DNA of 64,000 nt from Felis catus. Its lineage: Eukaryota. The translations under genes and the position numbers were made by a program. Within the stretch, counting starts at the first letter, position 1, and every line of letters begins with the position of its first letter. The stretch covers positions 232,254,001 through 232,318,000 of the forward strand of contig NC_058368.1 in the NCBI RefSeq assembly GCF_018350175.1, given 5' to 3'. The notes below the pieces were generated by a model. It ran no database searches, was not told the origin of the DNA, and was given only the letters and a program-made list of their open reading frames with translations. Shown here piece after piece: positions 1 to 12,283 of this stretch.

Positions 1-633
1 CGGGCGTGCTGGTTGGACGGCCCCTTCTAGGCCCGCACACCCCTCTCAGTGCTCAGAGCCCCTTCCTTGCCCCGACTCGCGGGAGTGGGTTCCTGCCAGG
101 CCCTTCCTTGCTGACAGGTTACGGTGTGGCTGTGACCGGGACATGCCTATCGGCTACTACAGTCCTGGCTGCTTCAATAGGCCAAAAATTCAATGTTGGC
201 AGTTTGCGCTGACATTTGAGCTGGGCCAGGTCTTAAATGAAACGAATTGGCCAATCTTTCTTCTACGGGACATAAAAATTCAACAGAGTTGCACATCTGT
301 GATTTCTCACTCCAGTTCTGGTCGTTCCTTGGGTTTCTCGCATTAGTGGACAATTCTGTGGTCGGCTGATGGCCAAGCCCTTGGCTTCCTTCACTCCCCT
401 CCCCCGTCGCCCCCTCCCCCTCTCCCCTTCCTCCCCTCCCTTCTTCTCCATCACGGCCCCCACCAATGACCTCGGCCGCCTTACTTTGAAATCCCTCCCT
501 GTTCATCCCTCTTGAACTTTAACATCAAAATATTCTCAACGTGCTCTGATTGTACTGTGAGAGACCTTTCAGATTTTCTCTCTGTTTACAGCCCTAACCC
601 TTCCTGACATCCTCTCTCGTGTCTGCTTCCTAG

Positions 634-815
634 ACGAGGAATCTCACCGTGGACGGGCACTTCGGCGCGTGGTCTCCGTGGACGCCCTGCACGCACACCG
701 ATGGCAGCGCCGTGGGATCCTGTCTGTGTCGCACCCGCTCCTGCGACAGCCCGGCCCCCCAGTGCGGAGGCTGGGAGTGCGAGGGCCCCCGCATGGAGAT
801 CGCCAACTGCTCCAG
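634..815 (+). CDS. SEMA5A: Semaphorin-5A internal coding exon (first TSP1 repeat)
   Basis: Acceptor ttcctag|ACG, donor AG|gtgtgt; 182 nt, phase 0 to 2; translates TRNLTVDGHFGAWSPWTPCTHTDGSAVGSCLCRTRSCDSPAPQCGGWECEGPRMEIANCS(R), recognisable as SEMA5A. Confidence 0.97.
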
Positions 816-977
816 GTGTGTCCCTCCCGACACTGGTGCCCTCCCCCATGTGCGAGCGGACCGTAGAGCAGGGGGGATGTCGTCTTCGGTGTGCATCTCC
901 CTTTTTCGGGAGGGAGGTGGCAAGGGACAGGTGCACTTACCACTTAAAAGTTACGTGATCTACTGAAGGAGGTGTGG

Positions 978-1200
978 TTTTATTTTTTTACTTATTTTAT
1001 TTATTTATTTTTATTTTTTTAATGTTTATTTTTGAGAGACGGAGGGTGCATGGGGGAGGGGCAAGGAAGACCCGGAATCGGAAGCAGGCTCCAGGCTCTG
1101 AGCAGTCAGCACAGAGCCCGACGCAGGGCTCGAACCCAGGAACCGTGAGATCGTGACCTGAGCTGAGGTTGAACGCTTAACTGAGCCACCCGAGCGCCCC
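978..1200 (-). mobile_element. CAN-SINE (felid SINEC)
   Basis: T-rich tail, tRNA-derived body ending gagcgcccc. Confidence 0.92.
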
Positions 1201-2216
1201 TGGGAGGAGATTTTAAATTATAAGTGAGGTTGTAAATCTAAACGTGTTTAATGTGTTCATCATTAGATTAGGAAACATATTTGCAGTGTGCACAATGTTA
1301 CTGTCTTGTTTGAGGGAAACGTCCATGGCAACCAAAGTCCTTTTCTGGAACACGTAGGCCAATAGCCCCTACCGGTAGAACACGATACATTCGTTGTGTA
1401 CTGGCCTAATCCAGGCGGCTATGCGCGGGCCTCCGTTTCCTTTGCCAGCATCAGGGACCCCAGTGGCTGGGGGCACGTGAGTGCCATAGGCCCTCCACCC
1501 TGCCCTGGCCATTAGGTGCCTCCTGAGGATGAAAGCAAGTCTGAAGTCAGATTTGGCCACACCCAGAAAACTGTGACACAGCCAGTCCTTGCAAATGATG
1601 GAGTCGCAGCTCCCTGTCCCTCAGGCACGCTGACATGGACACACGCGGAGGTTCTCATGAAGCAGATGTGATGCTTCTGGCGACGTTTAGTCGGGCCGGA
1701 GAAACGCAGCCTCTGCTATCAAGGCAGAAGCTACAGGCAAGAGAGCCCCGGCCTCGCTCCCAGGCCGTGCGAGGACAGAGGTGCATACGCAGCGTCAGCT
1801 CGCCCAATCCTGACCTCACTTCCGGCATCAAACGCAAAGTATCCCCAGTAGCCCACGTACTAAGCGTCCCCTCGTGCAGCTGCGGGAGCCGACATGTGCT
1901 GTTTTGCAGCAGCCTCCTCCGAGGCGTGAGCACGAGGGGGACGGTTCTGGTAGTTTTGGAGGCTACCCGTGGGGTCGATGTTCCTGGAGCTGGAAAGGAA
2001 GATCTGGGGTGGCAGCCAGAGCTCATGTGCCCACACGTGTGCATGGCACGTTCACCGTGTATGTATGTCTTTGGACAGTTCGAGTTTCCTGAAGCAGCGG
2101 TCTTCATGAGCAGCCGTTCATCAGCCCCCCTCAAATAACGTTGATACACTAGATCGCCCCTCAAATACTCGTAGATCGGCATCTAATTGTTTTTCATCAA
2201 AAGTTTTAGTACTCGT

Positions 2217-2404
2217 GGGGCGCTTGGGTGGCTCAGGCGGTTGAGCATCCAACTCTTGATTGCGGCTCAGGTCCATGATCACGTTCGTGAGATCGAGCCC
2301 CGTCCGCATCTGGCTCTGTGCTGACAGTGTGGAGTCTGCTTGGGATTCTTCCCCTCTCTCTGCTCCTCTCTCCTTGTCTCGCAAAATAAATACATAAATA
2401 TTTA
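2217..2404 (+). mobile_element. CAN-SINE, older
   Basis: ggggcgcttgggtggctcag head, CT tract, A tail; degenerate TSD aaaagtt(t/c)tagta. Confidence 0.9.
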
Positions 2405-3859
2405 AAAAGTTCTAGTAGTTGCAAAGATGTGATTTCTGTTACGTCCCGGTTTAAATGTGTTATGGGCTCTAAACGCTTTAGTGATTTGATAGCCACCTGC
2501 CCCTTTAAGAAATTGATGAACAGGCTCTAGTTTAACATTCAGAGAATTTACGGTTTTCCTTCTTTAATTTCCTATTTTTATTCTCTTTCCTTATAGAATC
2601 GTATCCTAATATATTACGTTTTTATGTTGAAAAGTCTTACACTGGTCACCATATCATGCTTCTCTGCAACTGCCAGAATAACAAATTACATGCATGGAAT
2701 TCAAAAACAAAATTTGTATTTCTGATAACCATAGGCTTTATGATGAAATATTTTGAATATATGTTTTGAAAATTGCCATACGATGAATCTAAAATACATG
2801 AATATTCCACATTTTGACAAATATTTTTTTCACACTTAAAATGTGAGATCTCACTGGAAACTCTTACCTTCAGGCCATTTTTTTAAAACTCCCACCTACT
2901 TTTCCTCTTTAGGCACGAGTGCAGTTTCTTGCCCGATTTGGGGAGGGCTTAGCATCGATTCCATTCTTACATTTTTATTTTTCTGTCTACAAGTACTGAC
3001 AGGTATGACTCCTGTAAGTAGATGGAAATATAAGATCATAGCATTTCCACGCAGTTCTCTGGATTCTTTCGAAGTTACCTGCCGAAAGCACGGTGATCTC
3101 ATGCCAAAGATTGTTGTTATTGCCCTTTATCAGTTGATAACCTGTTCATGTTGGCCTTCAATTTTGTTCGAAGCGAAACATAGCCAAGCACCTAACCTGC
3201 AGACCCCCATTTTTGCTTACTCACTACTGTCCGGTACTTCCTCAGTGTGTGCAGAGTGCGTCAGAAAGCCTTTAAGAAGGCTGACCACAGGCTTCCAATT
3301 AAACCTGTTATTCTTTATTTATAGGCACCTTGTTTCACTCAGTGGAAGTGTTGGGAAATTCAAAATATTGCTAGTTCAATACATTTTGCAAGTATGTCTT
3401 TGATTACATGCTGTTATCACATCACATCATTTAAATATTTTTTTTCTTAACACCTTGGAGCTACAGATTGAGGTCATTCAACGTATGAAATGAAAGCCAC
3501 GATATAAAGGAATTAGCTAGGCCAGACTCTCAAAGCAGGGCCGAGTCAGAATGACAATGGATCTGGAAAATAGGGTTTCATTTTACAATTAAAGTAAACG
3601 TTTGAATGTGCATCCTCACGACACCATGTCACTTCTGAATTCTAATTCTTAGGGAAGGAGAGAGGGAGCCATGGAGAGAGGCAGGAGAGAGAGAAACAAA
3701 ACTAGCCAGTAGGAAGGCAGAAGGTCCAGGGAAGGTCTGGATCCTTGACAGGAGTTTGTCATCTAAATGAAATAGGTTTCTACAGCCTTCCATTTTTCTT
3801 GCCTATACCTTCCTTTATGGAACTTTTTCTCTAAGAGCAAACACAGCCTGTGCCTGACC

Positions 3860-4140
3860 TGGGTTGGTCAGGACACAGAGACTCGTGTGCAGGATGGAGA
3901 CTGGGGAATGTCCCAAGCGCCTACCCCTGTGAGGGCAGGCAGGAAGGAAGCGTGGACCAAGGGAGGACTGCTGTGGGCTGCAGCCCTGAAAAAGGACTCA
4001 GCTGAATGCACGGGGAGCCCCGTAGCTGGGACGGCCCTTGATGGTGGTTAGGTCCTCTCAGCTGCAGTTCTGAGCCCCTAGCACCCTGAGCAGCTGGAGA
4101 GGCTAGGGCCGCAGTCTGGGGGGGGCTTTGACAGTAGCTG
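3860..4140. mobile_element. Possible old ERVL LTR fragment (LTR33/LTR16-like)
   Basis: Resembles recalled motif 'ctcagc..cacggggagc..gctgggatggccctt'; degenerate. Confidence 0.4.
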
Positions 4141-6384
4141 GGGGATGGAAGAAGCCAAGTCCTTGCCAGACAGCTCTGTTCTGCTCTCTAGTCGACCTGA
4201 GCCCAGAACACCCCAACTTAGTTAACATCCCAGTACCGAATAACCAGGAGAACGATTTCATCAATGATTCACTGGGTTGATTTCCTGTTTCCCCTGCCTA
4301 TTAATTTGTTGTTGCTAGATTGTTTATTTCACTATAGTCAGTTTGCTCCCCTCCCCTGCACCTTCAGTGCCGTGACCACAGCAGCATCTTATATTTTAAA
4401 ACAGACATCAGGAAGGCCTCTCAAATCAGTCTCCAAGCTCCCTCCTCACTTGCTTGTTAATTTACAGTATTTCTAAGAAGTATTATGTTGTTTCCACGAG
4501 GCTATCTGGAACGCGGAAACCTCTGGGCAAGTCCTCTATGCCATCCCTGACACTGCAGATCTGCGATCGCTCACTAGGAGAGCCCCGAGCGCGAGGGCGC
4601 TTCCTGCCCAAGAGGAGAAGCTGTTGGGGGAGGAAGGGAGAGGTGCAAGGGTGCGTCCTGCCCTCCGCTCCCCTTCTCAGGCCAGCCCAGGTCACTCCAC
4701 AAGGTTGGTAGGAGACCGCAGGGCTACACAGATTAGATTATTTGTGTTGTTACGGAAAACAGAGGCGTGTCCACATGGCATTACACGGGGCGCTCTTTCC
4801 ACCAAACTCAGGTGGTTTCCATGGAGCCATGGCAGGCGCTGTATAAAAGTTACAGAGCTGTTACTGTTCGAAGATGATGATCGGTGATGGATATTCTTTT
4901 TTACACTGTTCAATGGGAAGGAAAGGACCATCAAGTGCATGACCGCAGCTTGTTTGTGGCTACCTCTTTGGCATTGGTTCCACTTGACATTCATCCTCTA
5001 AACAGACCTGTGATGTAATTAGCGGTGATTTTCAGCTTAGTAATTGAAGAACGGAACCCATCTTAGTGGTGCTTTCAGTGCACGAGTGGGTCGTTTTGGA
5101 CTGATTTCACCCTCGAAATGGCTCATCAGCTGATCCATGCTTACTTGGTGCTGGTTAGGGGCTGTGTACCACAACGTGTGCTTCAGAGCAACATTGACCA
5201 GGACTGCAAAGCCGGGTGCATGTAGACGGTTGTTATTTCCTGACTCACTATAGTTCTGTTATTTATATCCACTTCCATTTACCCACTTCTCTGTATACCA
5301 CACGCCCCCTGTATCGTAAGTAGAATATATCACAAAATGTCATGTTAACATTACATTTTAACCTGTTGTTAACAGGTTTAGGAAATGGAGAATTTCCAAA
5401 CAATTTCGGAAGAAATGTTTCCTTCACTATGCTAACATATGAAGAAACTTTGGAAGTAAAAAGATCCTTTTATTTATGTTAAAGTGGCCATTTCTGTATA
5501 GAATCCAATGAATTATTTGGATTTTTTTTAAAAAAATTGTGTAGGTAACAGGGTATAAGATTCTAATTACCTTTATGAGCAACTTGGAAGGATCTGTCTT
5601 TTTTTGTGATTACTTGGTTATGTTACCATAAAGCCGATTTCTTATAATATTATACAGTAAAGCTTAACTGTCTCTTTTATTTCTATCATGAAGAAGTTGC
5701 AGAAAATAGAGAACTATGAAATATACCAAGAGTTTTCTCAGAGGAACTGTCACTTGAAATTATTTTAGAAATTATATATTCAGATTATCGTTTATATCTT
5801 GAGCTTCAGTGGCACAGGGGTGGACCCGCATGTTTTTAAAAGAATGTATAAAGTAAAAATAACAATTAATGTCAGTCGATTTTTTTCAGTGGAAGTGAAA
5901 GTCTGATGAGGACAACATATCTATAGAAAGCATATATGATTAGAGAAATATATTCCACATGCAGTAGAATATTCACATGGGAGTTTGGATTCTGGATTTA
6001 ACAGACATTTTAACAAATATTTGAGGGTTTAATAAATCCTTAAAAATGTTTTAATAAATCCTTAAAATTGCCTACAATTTGTTCTTTAATAGTAGGGACT
6101 AACTACTAAGGGAGATATTTAAATTACAAACAAGCTGAGTACAGGCATTTCAAAGGAAAAGTACAATATTAAACAAAAAAGAAAAATTCCTCTAGCTGTC
6201 AGTGGCAATTAACTTTATAAACCACTTTTATACAAGCTGTTTCTTTTCTTTTAATTTTATATTTTATATGCCTATCATATTATATATGTAATAACATAAA
6301 TACGGTTATGTGCAATTTGCACTCCTTGTTTCTACTCTCTATATCTTTGTCAAATTGTAAGAAAATAGCCAAGAATCTGAATTT

Positions 6385-6607
6385 TTTTTTTTAATTTTTT
6401 TTTTCAACGTTTATTTATTTTTGGGACAGAGAGAGACAGAGCATGAACGGGGGAGGGGCAGAGAGAGAGGGAGACACAGAATCGGAAACAGCCTCCAGGC
6501 TCTGAGCCATCAGCCCAGAGCCTGACGCGGGACTCGAACTCACGGACCGCGAGATTGTGACCTGGCTGAAGTCGGATGCTTAACCGACTGCGCCACCCAG
6601 GTGCCCC
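6385..6607 (-). mobile_element. Young cat-type SINEC
   Basis: Near-consensus body; perfect TSD gccaagaatctgaattt at 6368 and 6608. Confidence 0.96.
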
Positions 6608-6654
6608 GCCAAGAATCTGAATTTAAAGTACACTTCCTTCAGGATTAAAAAAAA

Positions 6655-6876
6655 TTGTTATGTTTATTTATTTATTTTGAGGGAGAGAGAGAGTGTGTGT
6701 GTGGAAGCAGGAGAGAGGCAGAGAGAGAGAGGGAGAGAGAGAGAGAATCCCAAGCGGGCTCCATGCACTGTCAGTGCAGAACTCGACATGGGGCTCGATG
6801 TCATGAACCGTGAGATCATGACCTGAACCAAAATCGGGAGTCAGACACTTAACTGACCGAGCCACCCAGATGTTCC
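6655..6876 (-). mobile_element. CAN-SINE, older
   Basis: (GA)n tract and tRNA-like head; cttccttca on both flanks. Confidence 0.9.
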
Positions 6877-7526
6877 TGGCTTCCTTCATTTTTAATAAAG
6901 TTTGTTTTAAAGCTTTGGATATTACAGGGTTCTTTATCAATGCGAATGCTATCAAGAGAATTACTGATTTTCGTTATTAATAGATTTTAAAAGTAAGCAT
7001 GAGAGGTAGTTTTAGATGATATTTTGTTCAAATGTGCACTTGTTGTAGATTATAAATTATATAGTATAAGTCAAAGAAGTATAAAACCTAGAGGTTCAGG
7101 AATTCATCTCTAATTGCTTTTCAATAAAATAAACTTATTTTTCATTAGTTTAACGTCTTCCTAACTAAAACTTATTAGTAGTTTCTAATATAGCCATTTT
7201 AAATTATTTATAGCACACTTTAAGCTTCACTCTCAAAAAAAAAAAACAAAAACAAAACAAACCTTGACCCTGAAATCAGATACCAAGGAGAAGGTCTCCC
7301 AGGGACCCAGATTTCCCGAGACCCAACCCATCCAGTTGGGTCCTATGGCTCCTGTTCCCTTTCCCTTCCCGGCCGCAACCCAGCAGTCCACGGTGGGGGT
7401 GAGGGGGGGGCGGACACGGTGGGGGTGAGGGGGGGCGGACACGGGAAGTTAGTTGGAGGTGGGTGCACGCAGGGATGGACTGCGCCAGTTCGACCCCGTG
7501 ACCCCGCTGCTGCTTCCTCTCCCCAG

Positions 7527-7670
7527 GAACGGAGGCTGGACCCCCTGGACCTCGTGGTCTCCCTGCAGCACCACCTGTGGGATCGGCTTCCAGGTGCGCC
7601 AGCGATCCTGCAGCAACCCCACCCCCCGGCACGGGGGCCGGGTGTGCGTGGGACAGAACCGCGAGGAGAG
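7527..7670 (+). CDS. SEMA5A: Semaphorin-5A internal coding exon (TSP1 repeat)
   Basis: Acceptor ctccccag|G, donor AG|gtaggc; 144 nt, phase 2/2; [47 protein letters not shown](R); in frame with previous exon. Confidence 0.98.
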
Positions 7671-10600
7671 GTAGGCACCGCTCTGCCCCCACACCGCCAT
7701 CCTCACGCTGCCTGCCATTCCAGTGTGGCCCAACTCCCCGCGGCTTTAGTCGGGGACGTAGCTCAGCTTGTACGTGGCATCCCTTCCTGTTGAGCCCGAT
7801 CGTCCTGTTCCTTTCCCGACGTCGTTTACTTTTGATCAAAGCCCCGTGTCGACCGCCTCACTACCACCCTGGTGCCTGCACGGTTGCCTGGCCGAGCAGT
7901 CTCCAAGGGAGCGGAGGTGTGGGGACAGCGGGCACCTCGGTGCTGGTCTCCCTGGCGACTCAGAAAGAGAGTCCGCTGGGGAAAATCCGTTCTTGTTAAA
8001 ATCCAACTAGACCCAGTCTCCAAACCCGCCGTTCCAGGTGGGACCTAAGACGGCCCCAGGTCCGGATGGCAGTGGTCAGATGCAGTAGGGTTTTGCATCA
8101 GAACTAAGTCAAGCAGCCGGAGCGGGGTGAGGACGTCTTCAGGATCTGGGTACATTTATAACCGCATGCCCCTCTACTAACCGATCCTCTCAGGGAGGCG
8201 GCTCTATAGCCCAGAGCGGCATCCTTTTCCAGGGTGGACTCTAAGCCTTCAGCTCCTCGGGGAGCTTTTCGTAGCAACAGACATTTGGCTTTGGCTTCAT
8301 ATAATCTACAGTTGTGATGGTTGGCTCTTTCTTGCATATTTAATGTACGTTCTAGTTCATGATTGTTGGGGAAAATCCAAGCAGGTGGATTTCACGTCAG
8401 TCAGGATTCCTATTCTGCCACACTAACACAAGGGTGTTGCATTGACCCCTGTGAAACAAAATGGCTTGCGATACCTTTTAATGAAAATGCAGTGAGGACT
8501 GTATCTGGCGATATGGGTTCGCTGTGAGCCTTTTATAAAAATACTGCATGCAGTTATTTGCTACGCAATCAATATTTATGTAGACAAAATCAACAGGTTT
8601 ACTTGTACAGATAGTTCCCTGCGAGGCGTTTATTACCACCTCAAAACAACCTGGGAGAATCGTTCCTTTCTTTCGTCGCTGTGTGCCAAAATCACCAATT
8701 AAGTTTTCATCCCTTTTGACCCAGAGGAAAAGGAAAGATGATTTTCACAAAGCGAGGTTGGTTGTTTCTGAAGTAGTCCCGAGATAGTCTTATACAAACC
8801 TACCTTTTCCCATCCAGCACCAGTTGATAAGCGGGAGGACCGATTATGGGCGCGTTGTCTCCCTGCTATCTCTAACCTCACAAGATTTAAAACTGGTTGG
8901 AAGTTTTAAAATGCCATACACCGTCACATAATACAGCCCTTCCAGGCAATGTCACCTTTATCAGTGTGAAGCTGCCCCCCCAGTCGTAGCACCCCTGCAA
9001 ATCTTATTCCCGTTGGCACCTTTCCTAGGCTGAGCGCACAGGAAGGAAGCTGCCATTTAACTCTGTGGCTAACATGTATGCGTGTTCTGTATGCGTTTCG
9101 CGATTGTTGGTTTGGTAAAGCTATGTTTTCAGGGAAGCCTGTGTTTGGGGGACTGCCGCTTAAAATGTTCCCTTTTTACAGAAAAAAAAATAACCTGCTC
9201 ATTTGGGCAAAAGACGTATTTGGTTCATGGAAGATTATTTGAATTTGCCTAGTCAGTGTGTGGATGGTGAGAATAGGGACTCTGTAGAATTGAAGCTTCC
9301 CTGTTGAACAGCCCTTCTTAGGGGCTAATCAAGCCATCAAGAGGCTAATGAAATCTAGAAAAACGAGTGCATACGATGTCTGTTTCTTGGTTTTCACCGG
9401 CAAACAGCTCTGAGATTTTTTGGTTGTTGTCTTAGGTGGGAGGCCTCTCCACCTGTGACAACACCATCCCTTACACACATTTGAGAACTAAACTCAAAAC
9501 TTGGGGAGACTCTGGTCTCCATGGAAGACACATGACTAGGCATGTACCGGGTTATACCGTTGCACCCTTCTTCTCTCAACACCATCGACCCTAAAGAACC
9601 CCTGAGTGGCCTCGAGTGAATATATTGATTCCCCCAGAAAAGTCCCTAAGTTAAGGCCAGGATTAGAGTTAATGACTTCATTGGATCAGAATGTCTAGGA
9701 TATGGATGGAAGCTTTATGGCAACATAAATCTCAGAAATATTCACATCATTTTTTCTGAAGTACTGGGTAAAGAAAATAATCGACCTTATTTTTGCATGT
9801 ACCTTGGAAGGTGTGGACACTGTTTCTCTTTTCTAAAATTTACTGGAAAATGATGTTCTTGAGTACCAAGAACCAAGTGGAAAGCACCAAGAAGGATGAA
9901 GCAGTGGACCTCTACGTAAATACTATCAAAATGCAGGTGTCTTTTTCTGTATTAGTTTCCTCTTCCCGGGTAACCGTAGTTCCAAAAACCGAGCGTGGCT
10001 TAAAACAACACACATTTATTCTTTCACAGTCTTACTGGGTCAGGAGTTTCAGTATAACTTACCTGGGTTCTCTGCTTAGCCAGAGCTGTGGTCTCATCTG
10101 GGCCCCCGACTGGGGAAAGAGCTACTTGTACGCTCATGGGCTTGGTTGTCAGCATTTAGCCCTGTGTGGACTGTCAAATGGAGACCCTGTTCCTTGCCAA
10201 ACGAGTTTTCCCAACACAGCCGCTGTCTTCCTCAAATCCAGCGAGGAAGAAAGTCTCCTGGCAGGATGAACAGGATGGTCTTGCACAGTGCGATTGCAAA
10301 GTGACATGCCATCATCTTGCCATATTCCGTTGGTTAGAAGTAAGTCACAGACCTTGTCTATACTCAAGAGGGGGCATTACACGGGGCATGAATATCAGGA
10401 GGCAAGGATCATTGGGGTCACCTAGGAGTATCTGCCACAGTCAGTTATATGTCCCTCAGTCATCCGTGGCCCTTCCGTATGCAAAATGTGTTTCACCAAT
10501 TCCCAAGGTCCCTCAAAGTTTTATACCATTAAATCATCTCCGAATATTCCAGAACCTTATCGTTTAAGTCAGCCTCAAATATGAATGAGGCGCCCTGGCA

Positions 10601-11649
10601 GTTGTTCCTCTAAACTCAGAGACGAGATATCTGCGCCACCAGCCCACCCAACGTGTGATGGGGGGACAGGGGAAAGGTAGCAGCTATAGACATTTCTGTT
10701 CAAAAGGGAGGGAGAATGAAAGTGCAGAAGCATCACTGCTCCATAGAAATTCTGAAATCTAGCCAAACAAGTGTTGGGAGTTGCTCGATTAAGTTTCAAG
10801 GCCTGTGCGTAATTCTGCACGGTTCTTGGCTTTGCCTTCTGGGCTCTCGTTGCTGCTTCCTGAATCATCTTTTCGTTTTCATGAAGGTTAGCATGTGCTT
10901 GCGGCTGGGGAGTTTTATCAACCTGTTTCCTGCCAGTAGAATTCTGGATTCCAGTATTCATTTCATTTGGACTTTTCTCTGTACGTTTCCGCGCAAGCTG
11001 GTATTTCTGCGGAAATATCCCTTATGGGTCTTCTGAGGATTTCTTTGAGGTTTACTCTCGTAAACAAATCTACACCCACAGATCGTTTTGAGATAGCCCT
11101 TCTCCAGCTGGGGATCCTCCTAATGGCTGAGGGACCACACCCTGGGGCCTGCTTATGATCGAGACCATCTGTGAGGCACACCCTTGCTCCTGACCGCCTC
11201 AGAGCATCCCCCGTGTAACTGAAACCACTCTGATCCTTTGGCCTTTCTGAGGTTTTAGCAGAAGGTTGTACCATCACACGTTCGGATTTTCCCTCTCTGC
11301 CAACCGTTCCCGACAGTGCTCAGAAGCTATTTCTTAATTTTAGCATTGGTTGTCATCGGGAGAGGCTCAGAATTTCCAAAGTTATTCTTCCCTGGCCCTT
11401 CTTGTTTGTTATTCCTTCCCTCATGTTTTTTTTTTTTTTTCATTCCTCATACATTTTGCCATAAGCAACAAGAAGAAACCAGGCAGCACCTCCAACACTT
11501 TGCCTGGAAATTTCTTCGGCTGTGTAACTCACTTCACGCTGACGTGTTCCGCTTTCCATAGAAACCGCAGCGACAGCCTGGGTAGCTTTCTGCCTTGCCT
11601 CACAAGGTCCTCCCTCCCCCCAGTTTGCAACCACGGGCTCCTATTTTCT

Positions 11650-12010
11650 TTCCAACTTTGGTTGTGGTGAAATATAGTTAACATGAAATTTGCCATTTAG
11701 CCCTTTTTAAAGTGTTCGATTCAGTGGCATTAATTGCATTTACTGTAATGTGTGACTAAAACACTATTTCCAAAACTTTTTCGTCATCCTAATACTGGAA
11801 CCTTTAAGCAGTGACTCCCCCTTTTCCCCTCCTCTCAGCCCCCGGTAACCTCTAATCTATGTTCTTTCGCTATGAATTTGCCTCTTTGAGATATGTCATG
11901 TAAGTAGAATCATCTCCTGTTTGCACCCTTGTGTCTGGCTGATTTCACTTAGCATCATGTTTTCAAGGTTCAGACATGCTGGACCGTGTGTCAGACCTTC
12001 ATTCCCCTCG
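11650..12010 (-). mobile_element. Old L1 3' end fragment nested in the MaLR element
   Basis: ttgtggtgaaatata..aaatttgccatt..ttcagtggcattaa and atttcacttagcatcatgttttcaaggttca motifs. Confidence 0.8.
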
Positions 12011-12241
12011 GCAAGCTGTCCGCCGAGGCCATGAGCCAGAACCTCCCCGAATCCCTCGCCATCTAAGCCGTTCAGGCCCAACCGCTTAATTCCTCAAAGC
12101 AGGGTGGGGGAGTTTTCTTGAAAACAGGGACATTGCAGGCTTATGTTGCTCAATCATGGAAGTCATATCCTGTCATTTTTGCCATATTCTGTTGGTTAGG
12201 AGCAAGTCACAGATCCCCCCACCCCCAACGTACATGCACAG

Positions 12242-12244
<3 letters not shown>

Positions 12245-12281
<37 letters not shown>
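12245..12281. repeat. (CA)18 microsatellite
   Basis: Perfect CA run inside the MaLR LTR. Confidence 0.97.

Positions 12282-12283
<2 letters not shown>

Noticed and set aside
649..966. 105-aa ORF as a stand-alone gene
   Set aside because: It is a SEMA5A exon read through its donor at 815/816; the same applies to ORFs 7453-7674 and 57434-57676.
1635..3403. Long ORFs of 167, 175 and 186 aa
   Set aside because: No recognisable domain or splice context; two overlap on opposite strands; lengths are compatible with chance given alternative starts.
7276..7839. 187-aa antisense ORF (also 16241-16765 and 53920-54261)
   Set aside because: Shadow ORFs opposite GC-rich coding exons.
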